From NCBI RefSeq assembly GCF_000315625.1, contig NW_005434419.1, forward strand, positions 1 to 48,352: a DNA stretch of 48,352 bases, in the 5' to 3' direction. The notes beneath the pieces were generated by a model that made no database searches, was not told the DNA's origin, and saw only the letters and a program-made list of their open reading frames with translations. The DNA comes from Guillardia theta CCMP2712. Taxonomy: Eukaryota > Protista > Cryptophyta. This document shows positions 1-11,538 of this stretch, piece by piece (position 1 is the first letter of the stretch; the number at the start of each line of letters is the position of its first letter). Position numbers and translations under genes: made by a program.

Positions 1-902
1 GGAGGAGGAGGAGGAGGAGGAGGAGGAGGAGGAGAACCTTATTGGCAGCATTGAGAGAAGATCTCTGAGGAGCTGCTCCATAAAGTCTTGATGCAGACTC
101 ATTGCGCTCCTACGACAACGTGAGGGCAGCGACGGAGAAACGATGGACCGAGAGAAGCAGGAGAAGGAAGTTGTGGTGGAAGATGAAGAGGAGGGAGGAG
201 CAGGAGCAGGAGCAGGAGGAAGACCAGGAGGGGGAGGAGAGAGGGAGGGAACATGGACTGAAATCACCTGGCGTCTAAGGATTTTCTTGTGCTTTGAGGA
301 CAGGTTGAGAATTTTGAGGGTGTCGGTCAAGAGCTGCAGGAAACATTTCAGAAAGGAGAAAGGAAGGAAGAGGACGAGACAAGTCAAAGGAGGAGTTGAA
401 ACGAGAGGAGGAGGAAGAGCAGGAGGAGGAGGAGGAGGAGGAGGAGGAGCAGGACGAGAAGGAGGAGGAGGACAAGCAGGGTTGGAGAGGAGAGAACGAG
501 AGGGAGGAGAATAGCTGATGAGGGAGGAGGGAGAAACAAACAGAAGCCTAGAGTCGGCACACCAAGAGGTGGCCCCTCGGCATGTTATGAGGATGTAGTC
601 TGACCCTTGTGAGGTGGAGTGGAGACAACAAGTTCAAAAATGCGCAGAGGGAGGAAGAGGGGAGGGAGATGCCCAATGGAGGTAAGGTGATAGACTCATT
701 CATACAGCAACTTGACCTCTAGTTTCACCCTCCTGTCAACGTCGTTGTCACATCCAAACGAGGGGGAGTGATTGATCTGAGATGTTTCTTGTCAGTCTTG
801 AAATCGTCTTGCAAGTTTTCAACCTCCAGCAGCCAGGGTTTGAGATGTTCGTCCAGCAAGATATCGATCCCAAGAAGCTCGAAGCAAGAAGTTCCCTGTC
901 AC

Positions 903-957
<55 letters not shown>

Positions 958-1251
958 TTNNNNNNNNNNNNNNNNNNNNNNNNNNNNNNNNNNNNNNNNN
1001 NNNNNNNNNNNNNNNNNNNNNNNNNNNNNNNNNNNNNNNNNNNNNNNNNNNNNNNNNNNTTCCAGGCAGGGCCCCACATCGCGAGTTACGTATCACTCCT
1101 TCCCTTCCCCTCCCCCGCCTCCCCCCCCTCCACACACCCACACACTTCCCCAGCTTCTTCTCCCTCGTCCTCACCGTCAATCAGGAATGGTCTTTCAATG
1201 TATTCTTGAGCCACTCCCGCTGGAGATACACAGCAAGCCTGGAACCTTTGT

Positions 1252-1336
<85 letters not shown>

Positions 1337-2114
1337 CTGTCCAACCTTGTCGCTGTCGTCTGTCAAGAAAATCCCTTTCCCCTGCGAGCCGTTGTCCGGC
1401 TTCACTATCAGCCACTTCTGCTCCTGCTTCCTGCTCTGCATCTGCGACATCACGCTCAACCCGCCACCTCGCTGTTCCGCATCCTCCTCCACCTTCAGCT
1501 CTGACGCCTCGGACGGCAGGAGCCAGGTCTTTGCAACACAAACAAGTCAGTCCCTGCACATCGTAGTAGGAGCATGAGCCAGGAGGAGGTGGAGCAGGGG
1601 CAGGGGCAGGGGTAGGGGCAGGAGCAGGAACAGGACGAGGAAGAGCAGCAGTCGGAAAGGAGCAGGAGCAGAAGGACTAGGAGCAGGAGCAGCATTGTTG
1701 CCGCAGCAAGTAGTCTCACTTGCGGCATGAAGGAGAAGTGCTCGGGCAGCTGTAAAATGTCAGGAGCAAGACAACGAGAGCAGCAGAGGGAGAGGAGGCA
1801 GAGACAACTTCCCGCACCTTCAGTCCCATCCTCCTCAGCACTTTAGCCATCCCCACCTTCCTTGCCAGGATGTTCATACCAGCGAAGTGATTGATCTTCT
1901 GCAGCAACACGGAACACAGTGAGCAGGAGGGGAGAACAAGTCCCCTCAACAGTTTGAGCGGAAACAAGCAGGAGAACCTGAAATCTCTTCAGCCTCATCA
2001 CCCTCTCCTCTGAGACTGACGTGTCGGTCCAGAAAAGATCCCAATCCGTCTGCTGTCGTGCTAGTCACTGTACTCACTCAACAGTCCTAGGGTCGGATTT
2101 TGGACAAAGAATGC

Positions 2115-2191
<77 letters not shown>

Positions 2192-2300
2192 CAGGAGCAG
2201 GAGCAGCAGCAGGAGCAGCAGAGCAGCAGATTGCAAACCTTTTCATCTCTCGAGACAACCCATCCAAGGCTGTTGACTGCTTCCTCTACCAATGGATACT
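1..2300 (-). CDS. Tubulin-tyrosine-ligase-like polyglutamylase (TTLL6/7/13-like), multi-exon; start not resolved, central exons probably in the N gap, 3' end probably beyond the window edge
   Basis: Spliced minus-strand exons give TTLL motifs: [13 protein letters not shown] (~2240-2300), [23 protein letters not shown] (~1981-2050), [14 protein letters not shown] (~1821-1900), [17 protein letters not shown] (~1350-1415), [14 protein letters not shown] (~1175-1215), [21 protein letters not shown]|[10 protein letters not shown] (~720-890), [11 protein letters not shown] (~270-335). The expected KFDLR and HLTN exons are not visible and probably lie in gap 960-1059. Confidence 0.9.
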
Positions 2301-2820
2301 ACTGACACTGTGAGTTNNNNNNNNNNNNNNNNNNNNNNNNNNNNNNNNNNNNNNNNNNNNNNNNNNNNNNNNNNNNNNNNNNNNNNNNNNNNNNNNNNNN
2401 NNNNNNNNNNNNNNNNNNNNNNNNNNNNNNNNNNNNNNNNNNNNNNNNNNNNNNNNNNNNNNNNNNNNNNNNNNNNNNNNNNNNNNNNNNNNNNNNNNNN
2501 NNNNNNNNNNNNNNNNNNNNNNNNNNNNNNNNNNNNNNNNNNNNNNNNNNNNNNNNNNNNNNNNNNNNNNNNNNNNNNCCTCAAGCTCCATCGTCTTGAT
2601 AATGCTTCTCCGCATCATCATGAAGCGTTTGTGCCGATCTGTGATTCACGTTGAACATCTGTGAGTATTGCTATGACACGCACACGGGAAAAGAAGCAGC
2701 AGGACGACGAGAACAATGTCAAGACAAAAAGATCGCGAGCATGCACGACAATAGGAGCACACAGGTCCATAACGAGAGAGGGAGGGAGGGTGGGCGATAG
2801 AGGGAAGGAGAAACGAGAAG

Positions 2821-2937
2821 AGGCTTTCAGCTCATGCGCATGATAATAGGGAGATAACAACACACAACATGTTCGGCAAAGGCTTTCAGCTCATGCGCAT
2901 GATAATAGGGAGATAACAACACACAACATGTTCGGCG
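2821..2937. repeat. 59-bp tandem duplication (2 copies)
   Basis: aggctttcagctcatgcgcatgataatagggagataacaacacacaacatgttcggc starts at both 2821 and 2880. Confidence 0.9.
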
Positions 2938-3044
2938 ATCGACCTCAGGTTGCTACTGCTGCATGGATCTGAAGACTACCGCGAGCATGCCAAGTGATTT
3001 CGCCCTTTCGCCTCCCTTGCGCATCTTCGCCATCAACGGATAGA

Positions 3045-3400
3045 AATGGGGGAGGGCAAGGGAATGCGTTAGGGGGTGGGTAGTCAAAGGTAAAAATAGG
3101 GGTAGTCTAGGTAACATGCTGCGAGACATGTTTTTTGCGAGATGGTGGGGTCACCAACTTCGTGAGAGGGTATACCTGAAAAATGTAGGGTAGGGGTGCT
3201 CAAATGCTACTTTCTTCAGATATCTGGTGGGGTATATACAGATAAAATGAGGGGTGTATCAAGATATGATGGGGTAATCAAAACTTGTCCAGCAGAGCTT
3301 ATGGTAGAAAGTGGGGGTGGGTGGTATTCCAAAGGAACAAGTAGGGGTGCTCCCAATATTGGTGGACTTTACTACAGACGAGTGAACATTATGCACGGGG
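3045..3400 (+). repeat. GGGT/GGGGT-rich, strand-biased intergenic tract between divergent genes
   Basis: Dispersed ggggtg/gggtag/ggggta motifs in moderate-GC, non-coding-looking sequence; similar tracts at 22130-23100 and 42250-43090. Confidence 0.5.
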
Positions 3401-3941
3401 AACGCTATGCCCGAACAGCGGGAACGGGAGGAGCGGGAGGGAGAGGAAGGGAAGGAGCAAGGAGAGAAGGGAGATTAGATAGGAGCAGCAGGGGCAGCAG
3501 GGGCAGCAGCCACAGCAACAAGGGCAGGAGCAGCGGCAGCAGCGGCAGCAGCAGCAGCATCGTGTAAGGTGGAATAGAGGTGCAGGACTAGCAGGTGCAG
3601 GAGCAGGAGGAGGAGGAGAGTAAGGGATGCTGAACATGCTCTGAATCACGGAGAACTTGATTCGATTCGATTTGAAGAGAGTGAGATCAGCAAGTAGTGC
3701 CAAAATTTACAGAATGCGGAGGATGGGTCTGCAGGCAGAGTTGAGTTTGGCTCGTGGAGGGAAATTTGAGTGGGCAGTGAGGGTTGATACGGTACTTGCT
3801 AACTTTGAGAGATGGGGAGGAAGTGTTCAGAGTCAAGAAGAGAACGTACTGACATGCCCATGGGCAGGATTTCTTGATCGGCATGCGGGCCTGATGCAGC
3901 GATCCAGTCGACGAGGTCGGTCGTGAGACAAGCGCGCGGTG

Positions 3942-6653
3942 ATGTCTCATGTTTCGACGGCCTCCGCCGCTCATTCTCCCTTGCTGTCCAGCAGATGAAC
4001 TGCAGAGAGGAAGGGAAGCTCTACTTCCAGAAGGTCTCCTGGCTTCCCGATGCTCGCTGTGTATGACAACGTCCTAATAGGGGAAGTACAGCGCAGCGGC
4101 GGAGGCGTACACGGAGGCGATTGTAACTTGATTTGACGACAGTGGAGAAGTCGCTGACTGTGATGGTGTTTTTCTCTCCTCCTCGTCTATTCTCGTCACT
4201 TCCTGCGCTCGTCTTCCTTTCCCTCCTTCTGTCCCCTTACCTCGCTCTCTTCCTCAATGCCTCCATCTGCTTCACCTTCCTTGACTTCCCCCGTCCATTA
4301 CCCTTCTGTTGGTATGCCTTCTCCTCTCCCTCTCCCTCTCCCTCCAGACGCTCGAGCCGTCAGATGCTGCTCTTTATCAGAATCGGGCTCTATGCTATCA
4401 GAAGCTTTGCAAATGGAACCAGGTCACACTCTCCTCCCCTCCCCTCCCCTCCCCTCCCTTCCCCTCCCCTCCCCTCCTCCCCTTACAGCTCACCTCACCT
4501 CACCTCACCTCATCTCATCTCATCTCATCTCATCTCATCTCATCTCATCTCATCTCATCTCATCTCATCTCATCTCATCTCACCTCATCTCACCTCACCT
4601 CTCTATTGCTCTCCTCTCCTTGCAATCTTATTTTTTCGTATTTTTGTCGTCCTCATCATTCTTCCCCTTTCCCTTCATTTCCCTAGTCCGCACCCACTCC
4701 AACCGCATCCAGCTACTTCCTGTATCCTCCCTACTTCCCTTCGCTCTCATCCCCTCCACTCTATTTTCTAGCGCATGAAATTGTAGAGTAGGTGCTGGAC
4801 GACGCACGAAAGGCTCTCGAGCTATCGAAAAAGTCAGTCAAAGCTCAGTACCTGCTGGCCACAGCCTTCATGAATCTCAACCAGGCAAGACAAGATGAGA
4901 GGGGGGAGGGAGGGAAGAGAGAGAAGGGAGGAAGGGAAGAAATGAGGCAAGGCAGGCTGGTCTACAATGTAGCGCAGGTTGTGAAAATGGAGGAAAGAGC
5001 GAAGAGGATTGAAGAGGGTCGATGGGAGGGAAGGAGGGAGCGTGATGAGCAAGAAGAGTTTTCGATACCTGATGCGGCATGCAGCTGGAGGAAGCAGAGA
5101 AAGCATTTCAAGATGCCCTTGTACTTGCTGCACTCCCGGAGTTTTCAGGTTGCTTGCGCAGTAATGGGAGATTGCTCTGACATTGAATTTGTTTCAAGGT
5201 TACAAAGAGAGCATTGAGCAGGGGCTGTACTCCATGTACCACAAGCGATGGGAGGACGAGCAAAGCTTGTGAGGAGAGGAAAAGGGGAAGCAGCGAGGGA
5301 GGGGGGGAGGGAGGGAGAACAGGGGAGGAGCTGCGACGAAGATGGGGAAGCAAAGTCGAGCAGCTCGTGACATGACGCGAGCAGAGCAATTGGTCAAGAT
5401 GAGAAGAACAAGCTAATCATCGATGACCTTATTAACGAAGGTCTGCCTCCACCCTCTCCTCTCTCCTCTCGTTCCTGTCGTGATCCTCCTCTTCCGCTCC
5501 CCCCCTCCGATATCCTTCTCCTCCTTCCCACTTTCCTCCTCCTCCTCCTCCTCCTCCTCCTCCTGCCATTCGTTCTCCTCCCCCTCCCCGCCCTCTTCCT
5601 TTTCTTCAGCTCATGTCTGCTTCTCCATCAGCCTACGACCTGGAACGGGCCAAGGAGGATTCCTCCGGGGAGGTCGGGGCGGCGGAACGCAATCGGGTAG
5701 GAAGAGTCCTTGAGCACGGGAGAAGAACAGCAGCGGGCCTCTGAAATCTTGTCAATGGTAGGAGAGGAGGAGGGCGCAGCTCAACGAAATCTACGAGCGG
5801 GTCTCGGAGAAGCGTCAGGAGTCAACGATCCCAGAGTCCCTTTGCTGCCAGGTGACTTGGAGGGAGGGGGGTGAAGATCGGTAGGAGGGAACGTTGGGAG
5901 GAACGGCTGAGAGACAACAGGAGGGCGGGGGGCCGGGGGGGAGGTGGGGGGGAGGTGGAGATCGGTAGGAGAGTACGTTAGGAGGAACGGCTGAGAGATA
6001 AAGGAGGAGGGGAGGGGGGGGGAAGAGGATGCAAGGGGGAGAGTAAGAGCGGAGAGTGGAGGAGGCGAGGAAGGGAGTAGGAGGGGGAGAGGGAGAGGCA
6101 GCAGGAGGTCAGTGAGACGGTCGCGGGGCTGAGGCTCGCTTGCAGATAACGTTCGACCTCATGAGGGACCCGGTCCTCACCCCTGCCGGGCAGACCTACG
6201 AGAGCGCAGCTCTTGAGCAGCACCTGAAGCACGTGGGGTCCAGCTGTGGTGTGGGATGTTTGCGGGCTGACAAGCAGCTGGCAGAATGGCCACTGGGATC
6301 CGGTGACGAGGCAGCCGATCAATCCCTCTCAGGTGGTGAAGAACCTTGCCGTGAAGGTCAGAGCTGACCCTGTTCCTATCAATGCTCGCCCTTCCTCTCC
6401 CATCCCCTCTTTCTCTTCCCCTCTCCTTCTTCTCTTACGTCTCTGCTCTTCTCTTCTCTTCTCTTCTCTTCTCTTCTCTTCTCTTCTCTTCTCTTCTCTT
6501 CTCTTCTCTGCCCTGCCTTGCTCTGCCCTGCTCTGCTCCGCTCCGCTCTGCTCCTCGTCTCCTCCCTGCCCCCTCTTTCTCCTCTCACTTGGGCTCATGC
6601 AGGCGGTTATCGAAGACTTTCTGCGCGAGAATCCCTGGGCGTACGGCAAGTGA
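3942..6653 (+). CDS. STUB1: CHIP/STUB1 TPR + U-box E3 ubiquitin ligase, multi-exon (start approximate)
   Basis: TPR exons REEGKLYFQK|GKYSAAAEAYTEAI|TLEPSDAALYQNRALCYQKLCKWNQ|VLDDARKALELSKKSVKAQYLLA...NQ|LEEAEKAFQDAL; U-box exons IPESLCCQ|ITFDLMRDPVLTPAGQTYESAALEQHLKH|NGHWDPVTRQPINPSQVVKNLAVK|AVIEDFLRENPWAYGK* with the stop ending at 6653. Confidence 0.93.
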
Positions 6654-6899
6654 CCTTGTAAATATTTTATCTCCGACGGAAAGGCTCCAATTAGACGCCC
6701 TGCCCTGCCCTGCCCCACCATCCTTGGCACCACCTCACTCTCCTGCTCCTGTTCCTCCTCCTTCCCTCTCTCCTCCTAATCCATGGCGCCTTCCCTGCGT
6801 GCGGCCCCAACACCTCCTCTCCTCACCTCCTCCCTGCCCTCCCGATCTGACAGGCTCAGCGATGCGGCAGCAGCACGGCTCGCAGCTCTCCTTTTTCCC

Positions 6900-7709
6900 C
6901 TACTCCTTGCTCTCCCAGTCTCGGTCCCCACCACCGAGAAAGTCCAGAGGGTTGTACGCGTACTCATCAGAGTACATCCCGTCCCCTGCATAGTTGAGCT
7001 CCACCCACCCGAGCCGAGCGAGGATTTCCTTCATTCTCTTCTTGTTGTTGCCTCCGTCGCTGATAGCAGTCTGGTAAGGGTACACGTATGCGTTGCTCCT
7101 CGACGCCGATCTGTACGTCACGATCTTCTCCGAGGGGATGAGGAGGAACTCAACGTCATCGACGCCCTTCTGCGGCACCTTGCTCGGGGTGATAGCATGC
7201 AGGTACTTCTTCCCATCGTCCTCCTCCACCACCCTCAAGGTTGCATCCTCTTTCACTGCCTTCTTCAGCGCCTTCCACGCCTCCTCCGCGTCCTTGGTGG
7301 ACGAAGTGTAGTCCCATGGCGCTCCGAACTGACTTGGGTTCTTGATTGCGCTCACACTGACGCAGTTGGCGAGTGTCTGGCAGGCGTAGAGCCGCTGGGT
7401 CCTGGGATTCACGCCAACGTTCCCCTTTGCGCTTGCCGGGTCGATGCTGTCCTCTGTCAACTCCGTCGCCTGCGCTGGGAGGCCGAGGAGAGGCAGGAGG
7501 GGCATGGCGGCGAGCGAGCGCAGGCAGTCCTGGCGAGAGAGGAGGTGCTTGCTCTGGCTGTCAACCATGCACATTGATGTGATTCCTGCTTGACTGCACC
7601 CTGCCGACAACATGAGAGCAAGAACGAGGAGATCAGTCAGAGATGATACCTGGTTGGAACTGCAGCTGTGGTGATGTGAGGTAAGATTGGCAGACTGCAA
7701 ACTAAACAA
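6900..7709 (-). CDS. DUF1499-family protein, probably plastid/thylakoid-lumen targeted (true start uncertain)
   Basis: Motifs LYACQTLANCVS, APWDY, YLHA, GVDDVEFL, VTYRSASR and SDGGNNKKRMKEILARLGW fit DUF1499. Upstream SRQDCLRSLAAMPLLPLLGLPAQA resembles a lumen transfer domain with an AxA cleavage site. Confidence 0.78.
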   Translation of the reverse strand: MFSLQSANLTSHHHSCSSNQVSSLTDLLVLALMLSAGCSQAGITSMCMVDSQSKHLLSRQDCLRSLAAMPLLPLLGLPAQATELTEDSIDPASAKGNVGVNPRTQRLYACQTLANCVSVSAIKNPSQFGAPWDYTSSTKDAEEAWKALKKAVKEDATLRVVEEDDGKKYLHAITPSKVPQKGVDDVEFLLIPSEKIVTYRSASRSNAYVYPYQTAISDGGNNKKRMKEILARLGWVELNYAGDGMYSDEYAYNPLDFLGGGDRDWESKE

Positions 7710-7973
7710 ACATTCAGTAGAAGAAGAGACTTTGCGGATGGCAGGTGCACAAAGAGACTACAACATCGGTTTGTTCAGGCGCAAACCTTCTACCATGTGG
7801 TGGACAAAACTCTATTCAATGTTGCCTTATCCTCTCCTGTCCTCTCATGTCCTCTCCTGTCCTCTCCTGTCCTCTCCTGTCCTCTCCTGTCCTCTCCTGT
7901 CCTCTCCTGTCCTCTCCACCACTCTCCACCACTCTCCTCCCCTCTCCTCGGCTGTCCTTGCCTCGCTTGCTCA

Positions 7974-8011
<38 letters not shown>

Positions 8012-8199
8012 CTCCTCTTCGTCTCTCTCCCCATCTCCTCTCCTCTCCTCTCTCCTCTCCCCTCCCCTCGTTCACTCGCACCTGCAGCAGCAGCATGGCG
8101 CCTCCCCGCCACCCCATAGCGCCTCCTCCTCTGCCCATTGGGACGCCTGAAAAACAAACCAGCAGCCTCTATCGGGGGTGGTAAACAATCTTATAGGAT

Positions 8200-9517
8200 A
8201 TGCAATGGAGGGAGAAGGCCGTGCTGTTAGCAATGGCGGCGATGGCGCTGGTGTATGACATGGCAGCTCTGGCCTACTCGTTCTCGTCTCCACCTCTCCT
8301 CAAGACCTCTCGCCTCCTGCTCCGCGCACACGTTCCCGCTCGCGGCCTGCTTCCCCCAGCATCGCCTCCTGTCGTAGGCAGGGTGCATGAAACTAGGAGG
8401 TTTCGGCTGAGAGGAGGAGCGCGCAGCTGTCCTGCGTCGATGATGTCAGGAACAGAGAGGTCGGGGACCATCGAGATCCCAGCTTCTTGCCCCGATGCAG
8501 CTGCACTACTGTCAAGGCGGTGGAGGGAGGTAAGGGATGTATTGGGAGGGGGGAGGGAGGGAGGGAGGGAGGGAGGGAGGGAGGGAGGGAGGAAGAGAGA
8601 GAAGGGGGACTAAAATGTGGACGAAGCTCGTTGCAGGAGGAAAGATATCATCGGAAACGAGCTTTGAGGGCACGAGGCTGAGGTACGGGCTGCGGATGGA
8701 CGCGCGCGGCGGGATCGAGGAGTTTGTGGAGGATGCAGAGGAGGGAGGGGAGAGCGACGGGAGCTGGTCCAACTGCCGCTCGCTCTACAAGGAAGACAGG
8801 GGCGTCATGGTCAAGCTTGTCAGCAGCCGCCGCCTCCGCCCACCAGCCGCGTTCAATCGCAGCCAACGTCGGGTGTTCCCGCCACACGACGACTCCTGCT
8901 CGCTCTGCTACGGAGCCATCAGCCTCCCCCTGCGAGAGAAGGCGGCAGTCGTCGCCCTCCCCGAGGAGAGCGGGGGGAGGAGGTGGGACTTCCACTACAA
9001 CATCGCTCCGGTCCGCTGCTCCTCCATTAGCGGAAGGTAGCCTCGTTCAGAGGGCTGACTCAACCATGGCAGATCGAGTCGAGAGGACATTTCTTGGTGG
9101 TCCCTGACATGACCAAGGAGGACAACTGCAGGGAGCAGAAGCTGCTCTTGAGAGACTGTATCGACATGGTGGGGTCCTCCCCGTGATCCTCCCTGACCGC
9201 TCTGAGACATGGCAGGGGGCAATGAGCAAACAGCTAGGCGGCGTCTGCCTCAACTTCAACTCGCCCAACGCAGGAGCCACACAGAACCACATTCATCTGC
9301 ATGCAAGCTGATCGCCCGCCTCTCCTGCTCCCTCCCTGACCTGCCTTGCAGGCATGGAAGCAAGACTACGTGTACATCGTGGAGGGAGCGAGGGAGCGAG
9401 AAGGTTGGGAGGAGGCATTTGTAACCTGGATGACGATGGGATGTTGACAGGAACGTGGCAATTTGGCGAAGTCTCAGTCAGAGTAAGAGGAAGAGGAGGA
9501 GGTGGTGGTGGTGGTGG

Positions 9518-9603
<86 letters not shown>

Positions 9604-10535
9604 GAGGAGATCGATGACTGCTGTTGTGCGTCGTACAGGAGCTCGAGTACCCTGCCTTCTGCGTGAAGATCAGCAACGAAAACCCTCCGGAGCACGTAGG
9701 AAAAGTCGTTCATACCATTTTGGAGGTGAGAAGGAGGGGAGGAGAGGGATACTGAAGTGTGGGAGGATGGAGGAAGGAGGATGGCAGGGTGAAGGAGAGA
9801 GGAAGGGAGTCCGAGAAGCTGACGAGGAAGGGAGGGGGAGGGGAGAGCGGGGTGTTGAACAAGAGGAAGAGTCAGGAGGAGCATTCATCTTTCTTTCCAG
9901 GCTGCGAGTGAAGACCCCGACCTCTCTTGGAACCTGGTCTTCTCCAATGGCTACATCTACCTCTTCCTCCGCATCAGCGAGGTTCCACTCTGTTCATTCC
10001 TGCCCTCCACCTCAACACCCCTCCCCCTCTGCTCCGTGTTCCTGCCCTCCTTCTCCCCTCCTCCCCCGCTCTCTTCCGACTGAACTGCCCGCCCCCCCCT
10101 TCAACTCTCTCGCTCCCTCCTTCCTCTACCTCCCCCTCACCTCCCTCACCTCCCTGAAACTACCTGCCCTCCTCCCTCTCTCCCACCCCCCCACTTCTAG
10201 CTCAACTCACCCTCCTCCTCCCAGGTCGCCCCTGTTTCGCTCCCAGGATTCGCCTTCGGGTGCAACCAAATGATGGGGTACCATTGCGCTACTGCTCCTC
10301 CTCTGATGGCTGCTTGCTGACTCCATCTCCTCCTCCTCCTCCTCCTCTTCCTCCTCCTGCTCGTCGTCTTCGCCTTCCTCCTCCTCCTCCTCCTCCTCCT
10401 CCTCCTCCTCCTCCTCCTGTGCTCTGACTGCGCTGCACCCCAAGGTTCTGGAACGTGGACACGGAAGATCAGTTCGATATGGTGAACTACGACACTGTTA
10501 TGGTAGCGAGCGTGTTCTTCCCCATGGAGGCCTGA
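8200..10535 (+). CDS. GDP-D-glucose phosphorylase / GDP-L-galactose phosphorylase (GDPGP1/VTC2)-family HIT-like protein with N-terminal signal + transit peptide, multi-exon
   Basis: Spliced product: ...LLSRRWRE|LVAGG...YNIAP|IESRGHFLVVPD...|GAMSKQLGGVCLNFNSPNAGATQNHIHLH (9216-9302)|AWKQDYVYIVE...|ELEYPAFCVKI...|SWNLVFSNGYIYLFLRISE|...FAFGCNQMMG|FWNVDTEDQF...PMEA*. FNS..A.A..NH.H.H and N..P.E.GH.L.VP are hallmarks of the GDPGP1/VTC2 family. Leader: MQWREKAVLLAMAAMALVYDMAALAYSF. Confidence 0.78.
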
Positions 10536-10859
10536 CCTGAGTGGCGCATGACGCGACAGAGAGCGCTGGAGGAGACGTCGGTCGCCTCCTCGCGAGGGCG
10601 GGACGTGATCTCAAGAGCCCAGGGGATGTTTCAAACTGCCAGTAGCCAGTGACGGTGAGTCGAGCGGCTGGACCACGTCGGTGACCCCCGCAACATGAAC
10701 ATGAACATGTTGAACATGAGTTGAAAGCCTCGCCGGTCAGTCAGAGGCCTCACTACGGCGTCGTTGAAGTCAACAAGGCGCGGTTAAGTGAAGGTATCAG
10801 TTAAGTTTGGGGGACAGCAGTCGGCAGGATAGGGTTTGGTTCTCGCTGTCTTTTCGGGA

Positions 10860-11110
10860 GTCTTCTCGGCCGCCGTACCCGGGCCTGCCCGGCAGTGCCA
10901 GAGTCATGATCATGTGACAGTGATTTAACTTCACCGTTGAGTAAAGGAAGCGGCTCCGGCCCGCTCGTCACGGGCACCGCCGACCGTGAGTTCTGACAGT
11001 GAGCCGGCCGGGCGGTGACGGACCGGACAGTACGGAACCGTACGGTAGACCGTACCGTGGACGCTGGCCGCGCACTCCCAAACAAGACCCGGTCCGCGCC
11101 GTACTGGCGG
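10860..11110. repeat. GC-rich tract of short palindromic words (CCGG, CGGCCG, CCGTACGG/GTACCG)
   Basis: e.g. ggccgccgtacccgggcc and ggaccggacagtacggaaccgtacggtagaccgtaccgtgg; same vocabulary as 21300-22080 and 42100-42185. Confidence 0.6.
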
Positions 11111-11181
11111 TCATGATAGCGAACATCTAGCACAGAAAGAGTAGGCGGAGGTCACTGTTATTGATTACGATCTGATCCCAC

Positions 11182-11253
11182 GGCTTGTTGGTGTAGCGGT
11201 TAGCACAAAAGACTCTGAATCTTTAGACCGGGGTTCAAATCCCCGACGAGCCT
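11182..11253 (+). tRNA. tRNA-Gln (anticodon CTG)
   Basis: 72-nt cloverleaf: acceptor GGCTTGT/ACGAGCC, D-arm TGGTGTAGCGGTTAGCAC, anticodon arm AAAGA-CT-CTG-AA-TCTTT, T-loop GGTTCAAATCC; followed by an oligo-T Pol III terminator. Confidence 0.95.
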
Positions 11254-11466
11254 ATCTTTTTGGCTACGGCATCTTCACTGGGCCGCCGAGTGGCATCAGG
11301 AGTGTCCCACACATCAGGAGTGTCCCACACCGGTGCCAGGTCTAAATTACCCGGCGGGCCTGCCGTGCGGCGTGGGAAAGTCGTGGGGAAACTCAGGGGA
11401 CTGACTTTTCTCAGTACTGAGTAGACGGCGAAGACCATCGGGCCCGGACTCGCCAAACAAAAAGAT

Positions 11467-11538
11467 AGGCTCGTCGGGGATTTGAACCCCGGTCTAAAGA
11501 TTCAGAGTCTTTTGTGCTAACCGCTACACCAACAAGCC
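11467..11538 (-). tRNA. tRNA-Gln (anticodon CTG), identical inverted copy
   Basis: Exact reverse complement of 11182-11253, with its own oligo-T run (atctttttgtttggc on the minus strand). Confidence 0.95.

Noticed and set aside
143-2654. Poly-Ser/Ala/His/Gln/Cys ORFs in the ORF track (also throughout the window)
   Set aside because: They are translations of intronic microsatellites, N gaps or antisense shadows of GC-rich exons.
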